From the IMG/VR virus record IMGVR_UViG_3300021579_000006: DNA of 64,000 bases; one strand, written 5' to 3'. Positions 1-9,231 of this stretch are shown here, piece after piece; position 1 is the stretch's first letter, and every line of letters begins with the position of its first letter. The notes beneath the pieces were generated by a model. That model was given only the letters and a program-made list of their open reading frames with translations. It ran no database searches and had not been told where the DNA came from. Both the position numbers and the translations under genes were made by a program. This stretch comes from an uncultured virus (IMG/VR IMGVR_UViG_3300021579_000006) (Duplodnaviria > Heunggongvirae > Uroviricota > Caudoviricetes).

Positions 1-48
1 AACACAACAACAAACCCTATCCGCCTACTCCTCTTCAGCGATAACTCA

Positions 49-78
49 ATCCTACCACCCCCTTCCATCAAAAGTCAA
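49..78 (-). promoter_or_regulatory. sigma-A-like promoter TTGACT-18-TAGGAT
   Basis: agtcaa at 73-78 and atccta at 49-54; drives a gene left of the window. Confidence 0.6.
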
Positions 79-160
79 ATCAACAACACCCCGTGTTGGA
101 TCCGCGTATTTATTTTTTCTCCACGCAAAAAAAAAAAAAAAAAAAAAAAAAGAAAAAAGA

Positions 161-210
161 AACCCCCTCTACGCTGGACGGGAATCCATTTTATTGCGTA
201 GAAGGGGTTT
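161..210 (-). terminator. Intrinsic terminator
   Basis: Long inverted repeat aacccc-tctacgc...gcgtaga-aggggtt, followed on the minus strand by a very long T tract (A run 127-151). Confidence 0.7.
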
Positions 211-284
211 CTCCCATCCATCACTATCACTAGCCCAGAAAGTGGGGGCTAGAGCCTTTTAGCCACATGCTCGGGTGGTTGTTG

Positions 285-518
285 CTAATAGCCTACATGC
301 TGGTTCTCTGGCATGTCAAGTGTTTCGTTCAGCCACTCCAATGCTTTCTGGCGACCCTTGACTCCCTTGCCAAAGGTTGCGTAGGTGTCAATGCCAGTTA
401 GACGCTCCAGGGTTTTCATAGCTGGTTCGCGAGTCATTTGCATCTTGCTTCCACGGCTCATCGAGTTGATTTCCAACTCAAGGCTTATGACAATCAACTT
501 TGCCTGAATGATGTTCAT
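285..518 (-). CDS. Hypothetical early protein (77 aa)
   Basis: ORF with GAGGGACAGAAA RBS and its own promoter. Confidence 0.8.
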   Translation of the reverse strand: MNIIQAKLIVISLELEINSMSRGSKMQMTREPAMKTLERLTGIDTYATFGKGVKGRQKALEWLNETLDMPENQHVGY

Positions 519-566
519 TTTCTGTCCCTCGTAGTCCTCCGCTATCTGCTTCCTGACTACCTTTGT

Positions 567-595
567 AGTCTATCAGGGTTTCTCCTAAAAGTCAA
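567..595 (-). promoter_or_regulatory. sigma-A-like promoter TTGACT-17-TAGACT
   Basis: Near-consensus -35/-10 with 17-bp spacer. Confidence 0.85.
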
Positions 596-706
596 GTTCA
601 TAGCCATTTCGGGTGTGTCAGATTCCACGACCAAGAAAAAATAAATACGCTCTTGAAACAAGCAAAAAATAACGCCCATCTTCCGATGAGCGTCATTCTT
701 TGAAAG

Positions 707-853
707 TTAGACTTGGCTTCTTAGAATCCGTGTGAACCAAGCATCAAAGTCTGCTTGGCAAACTTCGCACAAAGGGTGAACCTGTCCGACCTCTGCTTCA
801 ATCGATTCTTCGCATTGATAGCACTCTGTCTTTTCGAGTTTGATTACAGACAT
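707..853 (-). CDS. Small CxxC...CxxC zinc-ribbon protein (48 aa, not in ORF track)
   Basis: MSVIKLEKTECYQCEESIEAEVGQVHPLCEVCQADFDAWFTRILRSQV; TAATG coupling with the upstream gene. Confidence 0.7.
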   Translation of the reverse strand: MSVIKLEKTECYQCEESIEAEVGQVHPLCEVCQADFDAWFTRILRSQV

Positions 854-1197
854 TACTCCTCCTCTTCGTCTTCAAAGTAATCCTCTTCGTCTTCATACTC
901 ATCCTCGTCTCCCTCTCCCTGAGCGATTAGAGTCTCGAAACCAGCATTTGGGTCTTCATGGTTAGTTGATACAGCATCTACAAACCGCAGTCCGCACGAC
1001 TCTTCAAACCACTTTTTGACAGTTGCCAACATCTCGCTTGGCGACATCTCGTCGGATGTGATTAGTGGGTCATACTTATACTCACGCATGAGGGCTACCT
1101 GCTCGTCATCCATAAGAACATAAATCTTGTGGCAAGTGTCCCAAGCGATGGCTTTGGCATCTTCGATGCGACCCTCTACCAAATCAAAATCAATCAT
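853..1197 (-). CDS. Hypothetical acidic-tailed protein
   Basis: Start re-called to MIDFD (1197) behind GAGGGACAAA; Asp/Glu-rich C-terminus. Confidence 0.8.
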   Translation of the reverse strand: MIDFDLVEGRIEDAKAIAWDTCHKIYVLMDDEQVALMREYKYDPLITSDEMSPSEMLATVKKWFEESCGLRFVDAVSTNHEDPNAGFETLIAQGEGDEDEYEDEEDYFEDEEEE

Positions 1198-1249
1198 TTT
1201 GTCCCTCGCAGTCATGAACCCTACCTGAGTTCCTTTCGACTACACGAGT

Positions 1250-1278
1250 AGTCTATCCTACTTATCCTCTAATGTCAA
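1250..1278 (-). promoter_or_regulatory. sigma-A-like promoter TTGACA-17-TAGACT
   Basis: Consensus -35 with 17-bp spacer. Confidence 0.85.
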
Positions 1279-1341
1279 ATCAAATACAAGTCGCCGTGTG
1301 TCGCACGGTGTCTAGAGAAAAAATAAATACGCCTCGGCAAC

Positions 1342-1375
1342 AAAGAAAAAGAAAGCCCCACCGAAGTGGGGTTTC
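1342..1375 (-). terminator. Intrinsic terminator (UUCG loop)
   Basis: gaaaccccac-TTCG-gtggggctttc plus T tract on the minus strand. Confidence 0.85.
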
Positions 1376-1386
1376 CTGCGAAGTTT

Positions 1387-1680
1387 CTACAAACCTAGAC
1401 GCTTCACAGCGTCAATAAAACGCTGAAGTTTCGCAATCTCTCGGCTGTAGATGTCCAGCATCTCTGGGTGGTCTGCGAATAAAACCATCTTGTTCTCACG
1501 AATATCCTTGATGTGGGCTTCCAGAGTCCACACAATCTCAAAGAAGTCCCCACGCTCTACGCCCTGAAGTGCTACGGCAACCTCGTAGTTGCCCTGCTCC
1601 TCAGAAGCATAGGCAAAACCCTCAACGAAGATACCTTGCTCTACCTGCTCGTAAACGCTACGAACCTTGACCTTGCTCAT
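1387..1680 (-). CDS. Hypothetical protein
   Basis: ORF with GAGGGACAAA RBS, promoter and terminator. Confidence 0.8.
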   Translation of the reverse strand: MSKVKVRSVYEQVEQGIFVEGFAYASEEQGNYEVAVALQGVERGDFFEIVWTLEAHIKDIRENKMVLFADHPEMLDIYSREIAKLQRFIDAVKRLGL

Positions 1681-1730
1681 TTTGTCCCTCTGTAATCCTC
1701 CAGCGACCTGCTGTCCTGATTACATAAATA

Positions 1731-1759
1731 ATCATACCAACTAATCAGATAAAAGTCAA
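1731..1759 (-). promoter_or_regulatory. sigma-A-like promoter TTGACT-17-TATGAT
   Basis: Near-consensus elements. Confidence 0.8.
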
Positions 1760-1877
1760 ATCCATTTCAGCTCGCCGTGTCGATCCTTCCTCGTCAGAGA
1801 AAAAATAAATACGCCCTCGCCCGACCAGCAAAAAGAAAAACCCCAACCCTTTCGGGCTGGGGCTTCTCCTGTCCTCG

Positions 1878-2180
1878 CTACTTGCGGAAGATGTTTACAA
1901 TCACCGAGAAACGAGTTACCTTACGAGTTACTTCGTAGGCTTCTGGGAACTTCTCGGCAAGCATCTTCTCGTCTGTGCCTTTACGCTCTCGCCAGTCACG
2001 ACGAGCGATGTCGATGTTGCGGTGAACCAAGATGTCCGAGTCACCGAACGCAGCGTCAATCTCCTCGGCAAGTGCCGACTTGATTTTCTCAAGGCGAGCA
2101 ATCTCTGCCTTGACATTGGCGAACTCACCAATCTTCGCAACCATTTCCATAGTTGCCTTTACACGAATGTCGTTTGACAT
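1878..2180 (-). CDS. Hypothetical protein
   Basis: ORF with GAGGGACAAA RBS; short coiled coil; terminator at about 1830-1865. Confidence 0.8.
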   Translation of the reverse strand: MSNDIRVKATMEMVAKIGEFANVKAEIARLEKIKSALAEEIDAAFGDSDILVHRNIDIARRDWRERKGTDEKMLAEKFPEAYEVTRKVTRFSVIVNIFRK

Positions 2181-2231
2181 TTTGTCCCTCGTTGTAGCCC
2201 TCGATGTATCTCATCTCTTGACTACTAAAGT

Positions 2232-2261
2232 AGTCTATACCCTACATACGACATTTGTCAA
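2232..2261 (-). promoter_or_regulatory. sigma-A-like promoter TTGACA-18-TAGACT
   Basis: Consensus -35. Confidence 0.8.
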
Positions 2262-2374
2262 ATCCAGCTGACATTCGGGCGTGTCGGCACGGCATTCTGA
2301 GAAAAAATAAATACGCCAACTCACCCGCCAAACAAAAAAACCGCCACCCGAAGGTGACGGCTTTCGTTTGAAGT

Positions 2375-2773
2375 TTACTCTTGCTCCGTGTCCTGAGCCT
2401 TGCTGAAGGTGAACAACGCACCATACTCATCGTGGCTTGAACGCACGCAAGTCAAGTCCTTGCCATTCAACTCATAACGCAGGGTGAAGTCCCCATTCAA
2501 AGTTAGGCAGTCAATAGCCTCGCTTGCACGAATGTTTGTCCAGCCAGCAACCTTATTCCAATTCATGTTTCCGCTGAACACATAGACGATAGTATCCTCA
2601 TCCCAACCATTAGCCTCTAGCCATGGCTTGAGAATCTCATACTTGAAGTTATCACGCTCGTCATCAAAGCAACCATAGCAGTAGTCGCTAGGCGATGAAG
2701 TGTCCGTGTCCTCGTCATAAATCTCGCAAGTGCAGTCTGAAGTAATCTCAAACTTTACAACTGTCTTTTCCAT
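2375..2773 (-). CDS. Hypothetical protein with CxC/CxxC motifs
   Basis: ORF with GAGGGACAAA RBS; promoter TTGCTA-17-TATAAT at 2815-2843. Confidence 0.8.
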   Translation of the reverse strand: MEKTVVKFEITSDCTCEIYDEDTDTSSPSDYCYGCFDDERDNFKYEILKPWLEANGWDEDTIVYVFSGNMNWNKVAGWTNIRASEAIDCLTLNGDFTLRYELNGKDLTCVRSSHDEYGALFTFSKAQDTEQE

Positions 2774-2966
2774 TTTGTCCCTCTATCTAGTGGCTGTCCT
2801 TATCCACTAATTCGATTATACGCTAACTTCCAACAAATAGCAACTCTATCGCTCATTCGAAGTTGCGGCCGGCCGGAGCTGGAAGAAAAAATAAATACCA
2901 TCGAGGCAACAACGAACAAAGAAAAACCCCGAGCCTCTCTCAACTCAGGGTTTCGCTTTTTGCTTT

Positions 2967-3179
2967 TTACTTTTCTACTTTTCGCAAGTCTAATCCTAGT
3001 TTACGAATATCGCTACGAATACGGTGTAGCGCACGCACATCGCTAGGTGTGCTTGAGGTGAAAAAGAAATCACCATTCGGGGCAGTAAACCTGTAGTGGC
3101 AACTCTTTGTCTTATCAACTGTCCAGCCACAGGAAACGACTGCCTTGATAATCTTGTCTAACTCTTTCCTGTTTCCCAT
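2967..3179 (-). CDS. HicA-like (dsRBD-fold) small protein
   Basis: GW-x(6)-SCHYRF...STPSD pattern typical of phage HicA-like proteins; start re-called to MGNRK. Confidence 0.6.
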   Translation of the reverse strand: MGNRKELDKIIKAVVSCGWTVDKTKSCHYRFTAPNGDFFFTSSTPSDVRALHRIRSDIRKLGLDLRKVEK

Positions 3180-3362
3180 TTGTTGTCCTTTCATCTGGGT
3201 ATCTTGATACTAGCACCAACCTCTGACATTTTACAAAGACACGCACAAAAGAAAAACGACGTAGGTGACAAACCTACGCCGTGTTTCCCCTGAGCGGGAC
3301 AAGTGCTCAGTATTATGGGCAGGGAGTCACGCTCAACCTGCCCACAATCCTTGGTGAACTTG

Positions 3363-3704
3363 CTAAACTTTTACCTTAGCAAACTCTGTGTGAACTACGC
3401 CCTCTAAGGTGTATTCGCCTGTATCGGCATCCACGATTATTGTTGGATTGTCCATCCACAAATCCTCGCTGGCTGAATACTCCGAGGTTTCAATACCAAA
3501 AGACAACTCACCATCGTAGTTGCCTAGTTTCGCAAACTCATAAAAAATCTGCGCAGTCAAGTAACTAACATCGCCAATGCGACCAGTGCGACGCAAAACA
3601 TTACGCACGGCAGTCACATTGTCTTCACCTGACCAGTGTCCATAGAAAGTAATCGGTGTTGGAAAGGCCTTTGCCTTTACAACAATCAAACTACGGTCTC
3701 CCAT
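3363..3704 (-). CDS. Hypothetical protein (MGDR...YGHWSG type)
   Basis: Start re-called to MGDRS behind AGGGACAG; promoter TTGACT-17-TATAGT at 3750-3778. Confidence 0.8.
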   Translation of the reverse strand: MGDRSLIVVKAKAFPTPITFYGHWSGEDNVTAVRNVLRRTGRIGDVSYLTAQIFYEFAKLGNYDGELSFGIETSEYSASEDLWMDNPTIIVDADTGEYTLEGVVHTEFAKVKV

Positions 3705-3973
3705 TTCATCTGTCCCTCTGTCAACTACTTCACTTCGCTGACATAAATAACTATACGCTATGCCATTCATAAAGTCAACTTCATACAAACCTAAACATTC
3801 ATTCAAAGTCCAAATACGCATTTTCTAATCTCCAGAGAAAAAATAAATACGCCCTAAATCCAGACAAAGAAAAACCCCCGAATCGGAATCTCTGTTCCAG
3901 ATTATTCGGGGGAAGTCTTACTTGGTGTCTTGTCCTTGGGGGCAAGGGCAGTTTCTCACCTTACACTCATAAC

Positions 3974-4207
3974 TCACGACCAACACGCTCCACACTTCGG
4001 GATAGTAAATCCACGACCTAGCAACTTGTTCATTTCCCGTGTATCGTGGTCTTTCTGGTTCAACCACATCTCTGCTTCGCACGAACGACATTCGTAGCGA
4101 TAGCGTGGCTCTCCATCTTTGAAGTAGTTTGGGATTACCTGACGTAACCCAATCTGCTCCAGTTCCTCGTTGGTTGCGTCTGGATACTCTCTTGCTAGAC
4201 GGCTCAT
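3974..4207 (-). CDS. Zinc-ribbon protein
   Basis: CRSC...CGAC; ATGA overlap with the upstream gene. Confidence 0.7.
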   Translation of the reverse strand: MSRLAREYPDATNEELEQIGLRQVIPNYFKDGEPRYRYECRSCEAEMWLNQKDHDTREMNKLLGRGFTIPKCGACWS

Positions 4208-4422
4208 AGCCCACTCGCCTCACGCTCTGCCTTGATTGCGGATAGCACTTCGATAAGTTCATCAAGTGCCTCGTAGCGAATGTTGTATGAGTTGAAAATG
4301 CTGTTGTCAAAAGACGAACGCTCATAGACTGAAATGTCATAATCACTTGGTTCGATTTCAATGTAATCGGTATCTGGCATAACAATCTTGTAGGTAATCG
4401 CCTTGGTAACTTCGATAGTCAT
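4204..4422 (-). CDS. Hypothetical protein
   Basis: AAAGGACA RBS; promoter TTGCAA-18-TAAAGT at 4451-4480. Confidence 0.75.
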   Translation of the reverse strand: MTIEVTKAITYKIVMPDTDYIEIEPSDYDISVYERSSFDNSIFNSYNIRYEALDELIEVLSAIKAEREASGL

Positions 4423-4588
4423 TCTGTGTCCTTTCTTTGACTACTCTCTTACTTTACACTCACCCTCTGACATTTTGCAAGTCCACTAGCCCCGTGTCGC
4501 CCTCACGCAGAAAAAATAAATACGCCAAAGCCAGAGAGCAAAAAAAGAAACCCCCCTGCTTTCCTAAGGCAAGGGGGTTTCGCTCCTT

Positions 4589-4759
4589 TTAGTTTTTGGT
4601 GAAGAAATCCTCTAAGGCTTCATCTACGCCACACGCTGAACAAATCTCTGTTTTGCTGTCACGACGAGAAATCGCTCCTGGGTATTCTCCTGCGTGTTCG
4701 TTACTTGGAATGAAGTTTGAACACTTCGGGCATTTCTTTGCTTCTGTCTTGAGTTCCAT
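4589..4759 (-). CDS. Small zinc-finger protein (56 aa, not in ORF track)
   Basis: MELKTEAKKCPKC...GAISRRDSKTEICSACGVDEA...; AAGGGACAGAA RBS. Confidence 0.75.
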   Translation of the reverse strand: MELKTEAKKCPKCSNFIPSNEHAGEYPGAISRRDSKTEICSACGVDEALEDFFTKN

Positions 4760-4799
4760 TTCTGTCCCTTTCTATGGATAAGACTATTGTAACCTATGA

Positions 4800-5081
4800 C
4801 TACGATAAAGTCAAGTCGTCTGCGAACATAGCCTCAACTGTGTCTGGGATAGAGAGTTGAGCCATACGAAATCCTGCTTCGATTACGAGCAAGTGGGTTG
4901 GCACATTCAGCGAACGAGCAATCTGAACAACAATCTCTGACGAGGCTTCCTTGTGTCCGTGTTCAAGTTCACTTAGGTATCCGAGAGCAACATTAGCGTC
5001 AGACGCAACCTTGCGTAGAGTCTTTTGCTGGCTGTGTCGCATTTCACGCATAACCTCACCTAGAGCGTGGCGGTATAGCAT
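4800..5081 (-). CDS. XRE-family HTH regulator, ClgR-like
   Basis: LGEVMR...KTLRKVASDANVALGYLSELEHGHKEASSE closely matches the actinobacterial ClgR signature. Confidence 0.8.
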   Translation of the reverse strand: MLYRHALGEVMREMRHSQQKTLRKVASDANVALGYLSELEHGHKEASSEIVVQIARSLNVPTHLLVIEAGFRMAQLSIPDTVEAMFADDLTLS

Positions 5082-5465
5082 TTATTCTCCCTCTACTGAC
5101 ATCTGATACAAGTGTATCGCTCGGTCTACGGCTTCGTCAAGTTCGTGCCAAATCTCGCCTTCAAGGTATTCCTGCTTGGTGTCGTCCCAAATCTCAAACC
5201 ACGAGTTGTTACGCCAGCAAAAGACTTCCTCGCCCTTGTCTGTGTATTCAGCCAACTTCTCGTCGGTGTCAATACCAAGTTCCTCGAGGTCTGCTGTCGT
5301 GCGTAGGTAGTGTTCCTCGCCCTCTGGGTCGGTGTAGACAATCAACATCTCGCCAACACGCTCCACATAAAAACGCTCGTTGCCGTCCCACACGCTCATT
5401 GGGTCTTGGTCGCTGTGGTAGAACGCACTCTCTTGGCGCAAACTGTTGTCTGGCTTTGTAAACAT
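5082..5465 (-). CDS. Hypothetical acidic protein
   Basis: AAAGGGACAG RBS; promoter TTGTAT-17-TAAGAT at 5494-5522. Confidence 0.8.
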   Translation of the reverse strand: MFTKPDNSLRQESAFYHSDQDPMSVWDGNERFYVERVGEMLIVYTDPEGEEHYLRTTADLEELGIDTDEKLAEYTDKGEEVFCWRNNSWFEIWDDTKQEYLEGEIWHELDEAVDRAIHLYQMSVEGE

Positions 5466-5712
5466 CTCTGTCCCTTTCGTTGATGTTGATTTTATCTTAC
5501 GCTAACTTCCAACGAAATACAAGTTCATTCGTGGAAAGTCTTATCTTCAAGAAAAAATAAATACACCAAAAAATCCGAGCAAAGAAAAACACCTAGACGG
5601 GGGAGGTCTAGGTGTCTTTTCATCTGGGAGTCCAAGGGGGAAAGGACTTCACCAGAAATCTATTCAGTTGTGAGAAAATCCTATCACGGGATTTGTATCC
5701 GTGTCAAGTTTT

Positions 5713-5967
5713 CTAATCGGCGAGTTCTGCGTCAATCTCGTCTAGAGTTCCTAGCGAGTAGTTGTCGCAGTAGTGGCACTCATACTTCTCGCCCGTTGGT
5801 TGTGGGTGGTTGTTCTTGGCAAACCAAGCCGCCCATTCACTTCGCTCATACTCGCCAACCGAGTCTACATAGTCGATGAAGTGCTCGTCTAGGTCTGTAG
5901 CATCTACCACAACCAAGCCGTCTGCTCCACCCCAGTTGCCGTCTTCGGCGAAATAGAAGTCCGTCAT
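5713..5967 (-). CDS. Hypothetical protein
   Basis: ORF with tandem GGACA upstream. Confidence 0.7.
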   Translation of the reverse strand: MTDFYFAEDGNWGGADGLVVVDATDLDEHFIDYVDSVGEYERSEWAAWFAKNNHPQPTGEKYECHYCDNYSLGTLDEIDAELAD

Positions 5968-6016
5968 TTCTTGTCCAATCTGTCCTTGTGTTCTTACTCT
6001 ACACTATGCGAGCCGT

Positions 6017-6922
6017 TTACGCAAGTTCCTCGGATAACGGATACAGACGCTCGCCAGTTTCGCCGTCCTTGACGAAAGCCGTGTCCTCATCCTCTAGGGT
6101 GATACCGTCAGCAATCGGGGTCGGTGCGTTTACAATCTCGGTGTCAATCTTACCCCACGCCTCCTCCGCACTCTTGGCAGTCACCGTATAGGTGCGAGTA
6201 ACTACAACGGCAAACTCACGAACCTTGTTCGGGCAGTCGTCATAGTAGTCGTCCACATCATCTGAATACGAGCAGACGCAACTGTCCTCACGGTCACGGT
6301 TCACATAGTCAGCGTGGCAGTCAGGAATGTCCCATTCCTCCGTGAGAATGAGAGTGTGCTCCTCGCCCTCAGACGAAGTAAACTTAGCACCCCAGCCCTG
6401 CTCCTCCTCACACTCAAAGTCGAAACTCAACTCTGGGTGTTGGGCGACCATTGCTACGAACACAGGCTCTGGGATAGACCACGCAGTTTCAAACGAGTAT
6501 GAGGTAGACGCATTGCCCTTGCCATCAGCGATAATCTCGCCACCATCTACACTGCTTGCGTCCCACTTAGTTCCCCACTCACGAACATTCCAGTCATACC
6601 AACCATTGCCAGTAAACTTCAGGTCGTGTGCCATCTTGTCCTCGGTAGACCAGCCCTCGTATCCCTCTGGCTTTTTTCCGTGTGCGTCAGCGAAGTAGGC
6701 TTCCTTGTCCTCTGGCTCAATGAAGTTCCAGAACATCAACTTGTCCTCGTTCACCTGCTCGTATTCCACATCAGCGTCATACTTCCACTCCTTAGTTACA
6801 GGGTCATTGTAGCCCTTGCCTTTGTGCTTGGAAGTGTATGGCTTCTTTGCCTTCTCAACAAACGCAGTGATGTCTGCCTCTGTTCCTGAAACTCCTACCC
6901 AGTTTGATACCCAGTTCGGCAT
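6017..6922 (-). CDS. DUF1281/YubB ferredoxin-like-domain protein
   Basis: MPNWV start, WYDWNVREWGTKWDA and FETAWS motifs; promoter TTGACA-17-TATGTT at 6965-6993. Confidence 0.75.
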   Translation of the reverse strand: MPNWVSNWVGVSGTEADITAFVEKAKKPYTSKHKGKGYNDPVTKEWKYDADVEYEQVNEDKLMFWNFIEPEDKEAYFADAHGKKPEGYEGWSTEDKMAHDLKFTGNGWYDWNVREWGTKWDASSVDGGEIIADGKGNASTSYSFETAWSIPEPVFVAMVAQHPELSFDFECEEEQGWGAKFTSSEGEEHTLILTEEWDIPDCHADYVNRDREDSCVCSYSDDVDDYYDDCPNKVREFAVVVTRTYTVTAKSAEEAWGKIDTEIVNAPTPIADGITLEDEDTAFVKDGETGERLYPLSEELA

Positions 6923-7163
6923 CTAAATCACCAGTCCTTTTCTTTGTCCCTTGGTGTTAGTTCAAACATACCCTATTCGTTGGAAGTTGTCAAGTTCATT
7001 TGAAAATCAGTGTGTCGTCCAGAGAAAAAATAAATACGGCAGTGGTCAAAAAATACCCTCCCGGCACTAGCTAGTGGATAACTTCCAACAAACAAAGGGG
7101 AGGTTCATAGGTTCTAGGGATCGTGAGAAAGTGCGCTCCAGTGGCAACCGTTGAATAGCGAAA

Positions 7164-7195
7164 CCCCCTAACAGGGGGACAGACCTGTCAGGGGG
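7164..7195 (-). terminator. Terminator hairpin with UCUGUCCC loop
   Basis: 12-bp stem (G-U pair only on the minus strand) followed by TTTC. Confidence 0.65.
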
Positions 7196-7290
7196 CTTCT
7201 TGTTCACCGTTGGGAGTTAGAGACGGGGACAGACCGTCAATCTCAACCGCTGGCGAACCTCTAACACCACGCCGTTAGCGTGGCAAGCCG

Positions 7291-9099
7291 TTAGGCAACC
7301 GAGGCTTTGGCTAGTGCTTCAACCGCACCACGCCCGACCTCCTCGGCAATCTGGTTTTCGTCCAAGCCGTCAAGGACTACGCCGTATCCGCCAAGCAAGG
7401 TCTTTCCCATTCCTCGCCCACAAGACTTTGGCGTAATCCAGATAATGCCCACGCCGTTTTCTTTACACAAGCGAACCGCCTCTTTCGTGCGCTCGGTTTC
7501 GTTGCTCGTGTAATGTCCGTCCGACACAATCACAAGCAAGCGAACGCCGTCACCGTAAGTCAAGCCGAGAGTGCCGTCCACTGCTTCAAACGCCTCGCCA
7601 AACTTTTCCGTGCCGTCAGGCGCAGACCAGACCGAAACCTGCTCCAACTTCTGACCGACCTTTAGGGTAGGGAACACGCCAGAGCCGTAGTAGACCATAG
7701 CGGTCTTGGCTTGGACACGGCGACCTGCTTCGGACATAACCCAAGCGGTAGTTGCCAGTGCCTCCATAGCGCCAGACATAGAGCCACTGATGTCCACCAT
7801 AATCCCCATTCGGAGAGTAGGGTCGTCAGTGTGCTTGCGAACCTTGTGCGTCCACGCTGGGTTCTTGGTCACTACGCCCTTGGCTTCTAGCGCCTTGTTC
7901 TGAATGAGAGTGCGAGTGTTCAAGCGACCCTTTGGTTCTACGCTCTTACGCTCGTGAACAGAGCGCTCACGATACTTTGCCTTTTCCAACATCTGACCAA
8001 TCTTGACAGCGCTTGCTCGTTCAGAGCCAGTAGGGTTGCGCTTGTTGATTAGGGTCGAACGAGAGCCACTTTCACCTGCGCCAGAGGCGTTGCTGAAAAC
8101 CTTGGTAGCAGTTTTCTTGCTCTCGCTTTGGCGCTTTGCCTCGCTATTGCGAACCTTGGTTGCCTCTTGCCATTCCTCTGTTGTCTGCTGGTCAGCAAGG
8201 TCAGAGGCAGTAGAGGTTGAAGTGTTGCTTGCGTCCTCTGCCAAAGCGTCAAGCAAGTCTGCCAGAGCCTCTGACATTCCAGAGCCACCCTCGCCCTCGC
8301 CCTCGCCACCCTCGCCAGCCATAGCCATAGCCATTTCGCCAGCCTCACCCTCTGGGTCTGCCTCTTTCAAAAGGTCATTCCACTTTTGAGCAAGCGCCTC
8401 GCCACGAGCAACTTCGCTAGTTGCGAGTGACTGAAACTCAACCCAGATTGCTCGTAGTTTGTTGAACAGGTCTTGACCAATCACGCTCACAACCTGCTTG
8501 TAAGTTGCGTCCACATCTGACAACTTGACAACGCCAGCGTCTACACGAGCCAGAGCCAGTAGCGATACACGAGCGCAAGCACGAATGTCAGATAGGTTTT
8601 CGATTGCCTCGCTGGTCAAGTCCTCTAGCGAAAGTCCAATCGCACTTGCTCGTAGGAACAACTGATTGTTAGGCATAGCAACTACGCCCTTGCGCTCAAT
8701 GCGACTTTCGTCTAGCAACTGAAAGGTCTGGTGAACCATAGGGTTCATAGCCTCTAGCGCCTTACCATTCCACTCTGAATACTTGGCGTGAAGTGCCTCG
8801 TGGTAGATAACGCCAATCGCCTCTGCGTGGTCAAACTGATTGACACGCTGGGTCAGGTCGCCAACCATAGCAGGAGTAGTGGCAGAGCCAAACGCCTTGT
8901 CCAAGTTGATTTCGACCTCGGAGGTCTTTACATAAAAAGCGGCGATTGCCTGTCCGTCTACTGCGTCCTTACCTGCGTATACAGCAAGGTCGTTTCGACC
9001 AGACCACGAGTTCACGAGGTGTCCAATCTCGGAACAAGTCTTTAGCCACTCACTAGGAGTTTCGCTCTTGCGTTGCGCAAGTCTTGAATAGTGACCCAT
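7291..9099 (-). CDS. vWA-domain (CobT-like) protein with HExxH region
   Basis: MIDAS DISGSM, VSDG, N-terminal YHEALH and DESRIE; adjacent to an AAA+ ATPase. Confidence 0.85.
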   Translation of the reverse strand: MGHYSRLAQRKSETPSEWLKTCSEIGHLVNSWSGRNDLAVYAGKDAVDGQAIAAFYVKTSEVEINLDKAFGSATTPAMVGDLTQRVNQFDHAEAIGVIYHEALHAKYSEWNGKALEAMNPMVHQTFQLLDESRIERKGVVAMPNNQLFLRASAIGLSLEDLTSEAIENLSDIRACARVSLLALARVDAGVVKLSDVDATYKQVVSVIGQDLFNKLRAIWVEFQSLATSEVARGEALAQKWNDLLKEADPEGEAGEMAMAMAGEGGEGEGEGGSGMSEALADLLDALAEDASNTSTSTASDLADQQTTEEWQEATKVRNSEAKRQSESKKTATKVFSNASGAGESGSRSTLINKRNPTGSERASAVKIGQMLEKAKYRERSVHERKSVEPKGRLNTRTLIQNKALEAKGVVTKNPAWTHKVRKHTDDPTLRMGIMVDISGSMSGAMEALATTAWVMSEAGRRVQAKTAMVYYGSGVFPTLKVGQKLEQVSVWSAPDGTEKFGEAFEAVDGTLGLTYGDGVRLLVIVSDGHYTSNETERTKEAVRLCKENGVGIIWITPKSCGRGMGKTLLGGYGVVLDGLDENQIAEEVGRGAVEALAKASVA

Positions 9100-9231
9100 T
9101 TTTTTTCTGTCCTTTCAATGGGGTTGTTTTTCTGTCCTAAAGAAACAATAGCATAGGTTGTTGGAGAGCGCAAGTTCATTTAGAAAAAAGTTTCTTGCGC
9201 CCTCCACCTATCTAGGTTCGGACAGGTGAAC

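Noticed and set aside
127..151. 25-nt poly-A run
   Set aside because: Coincides with a terminator U-tract and its length may be a sequencing or assembly artefact, so it is not interpreted.
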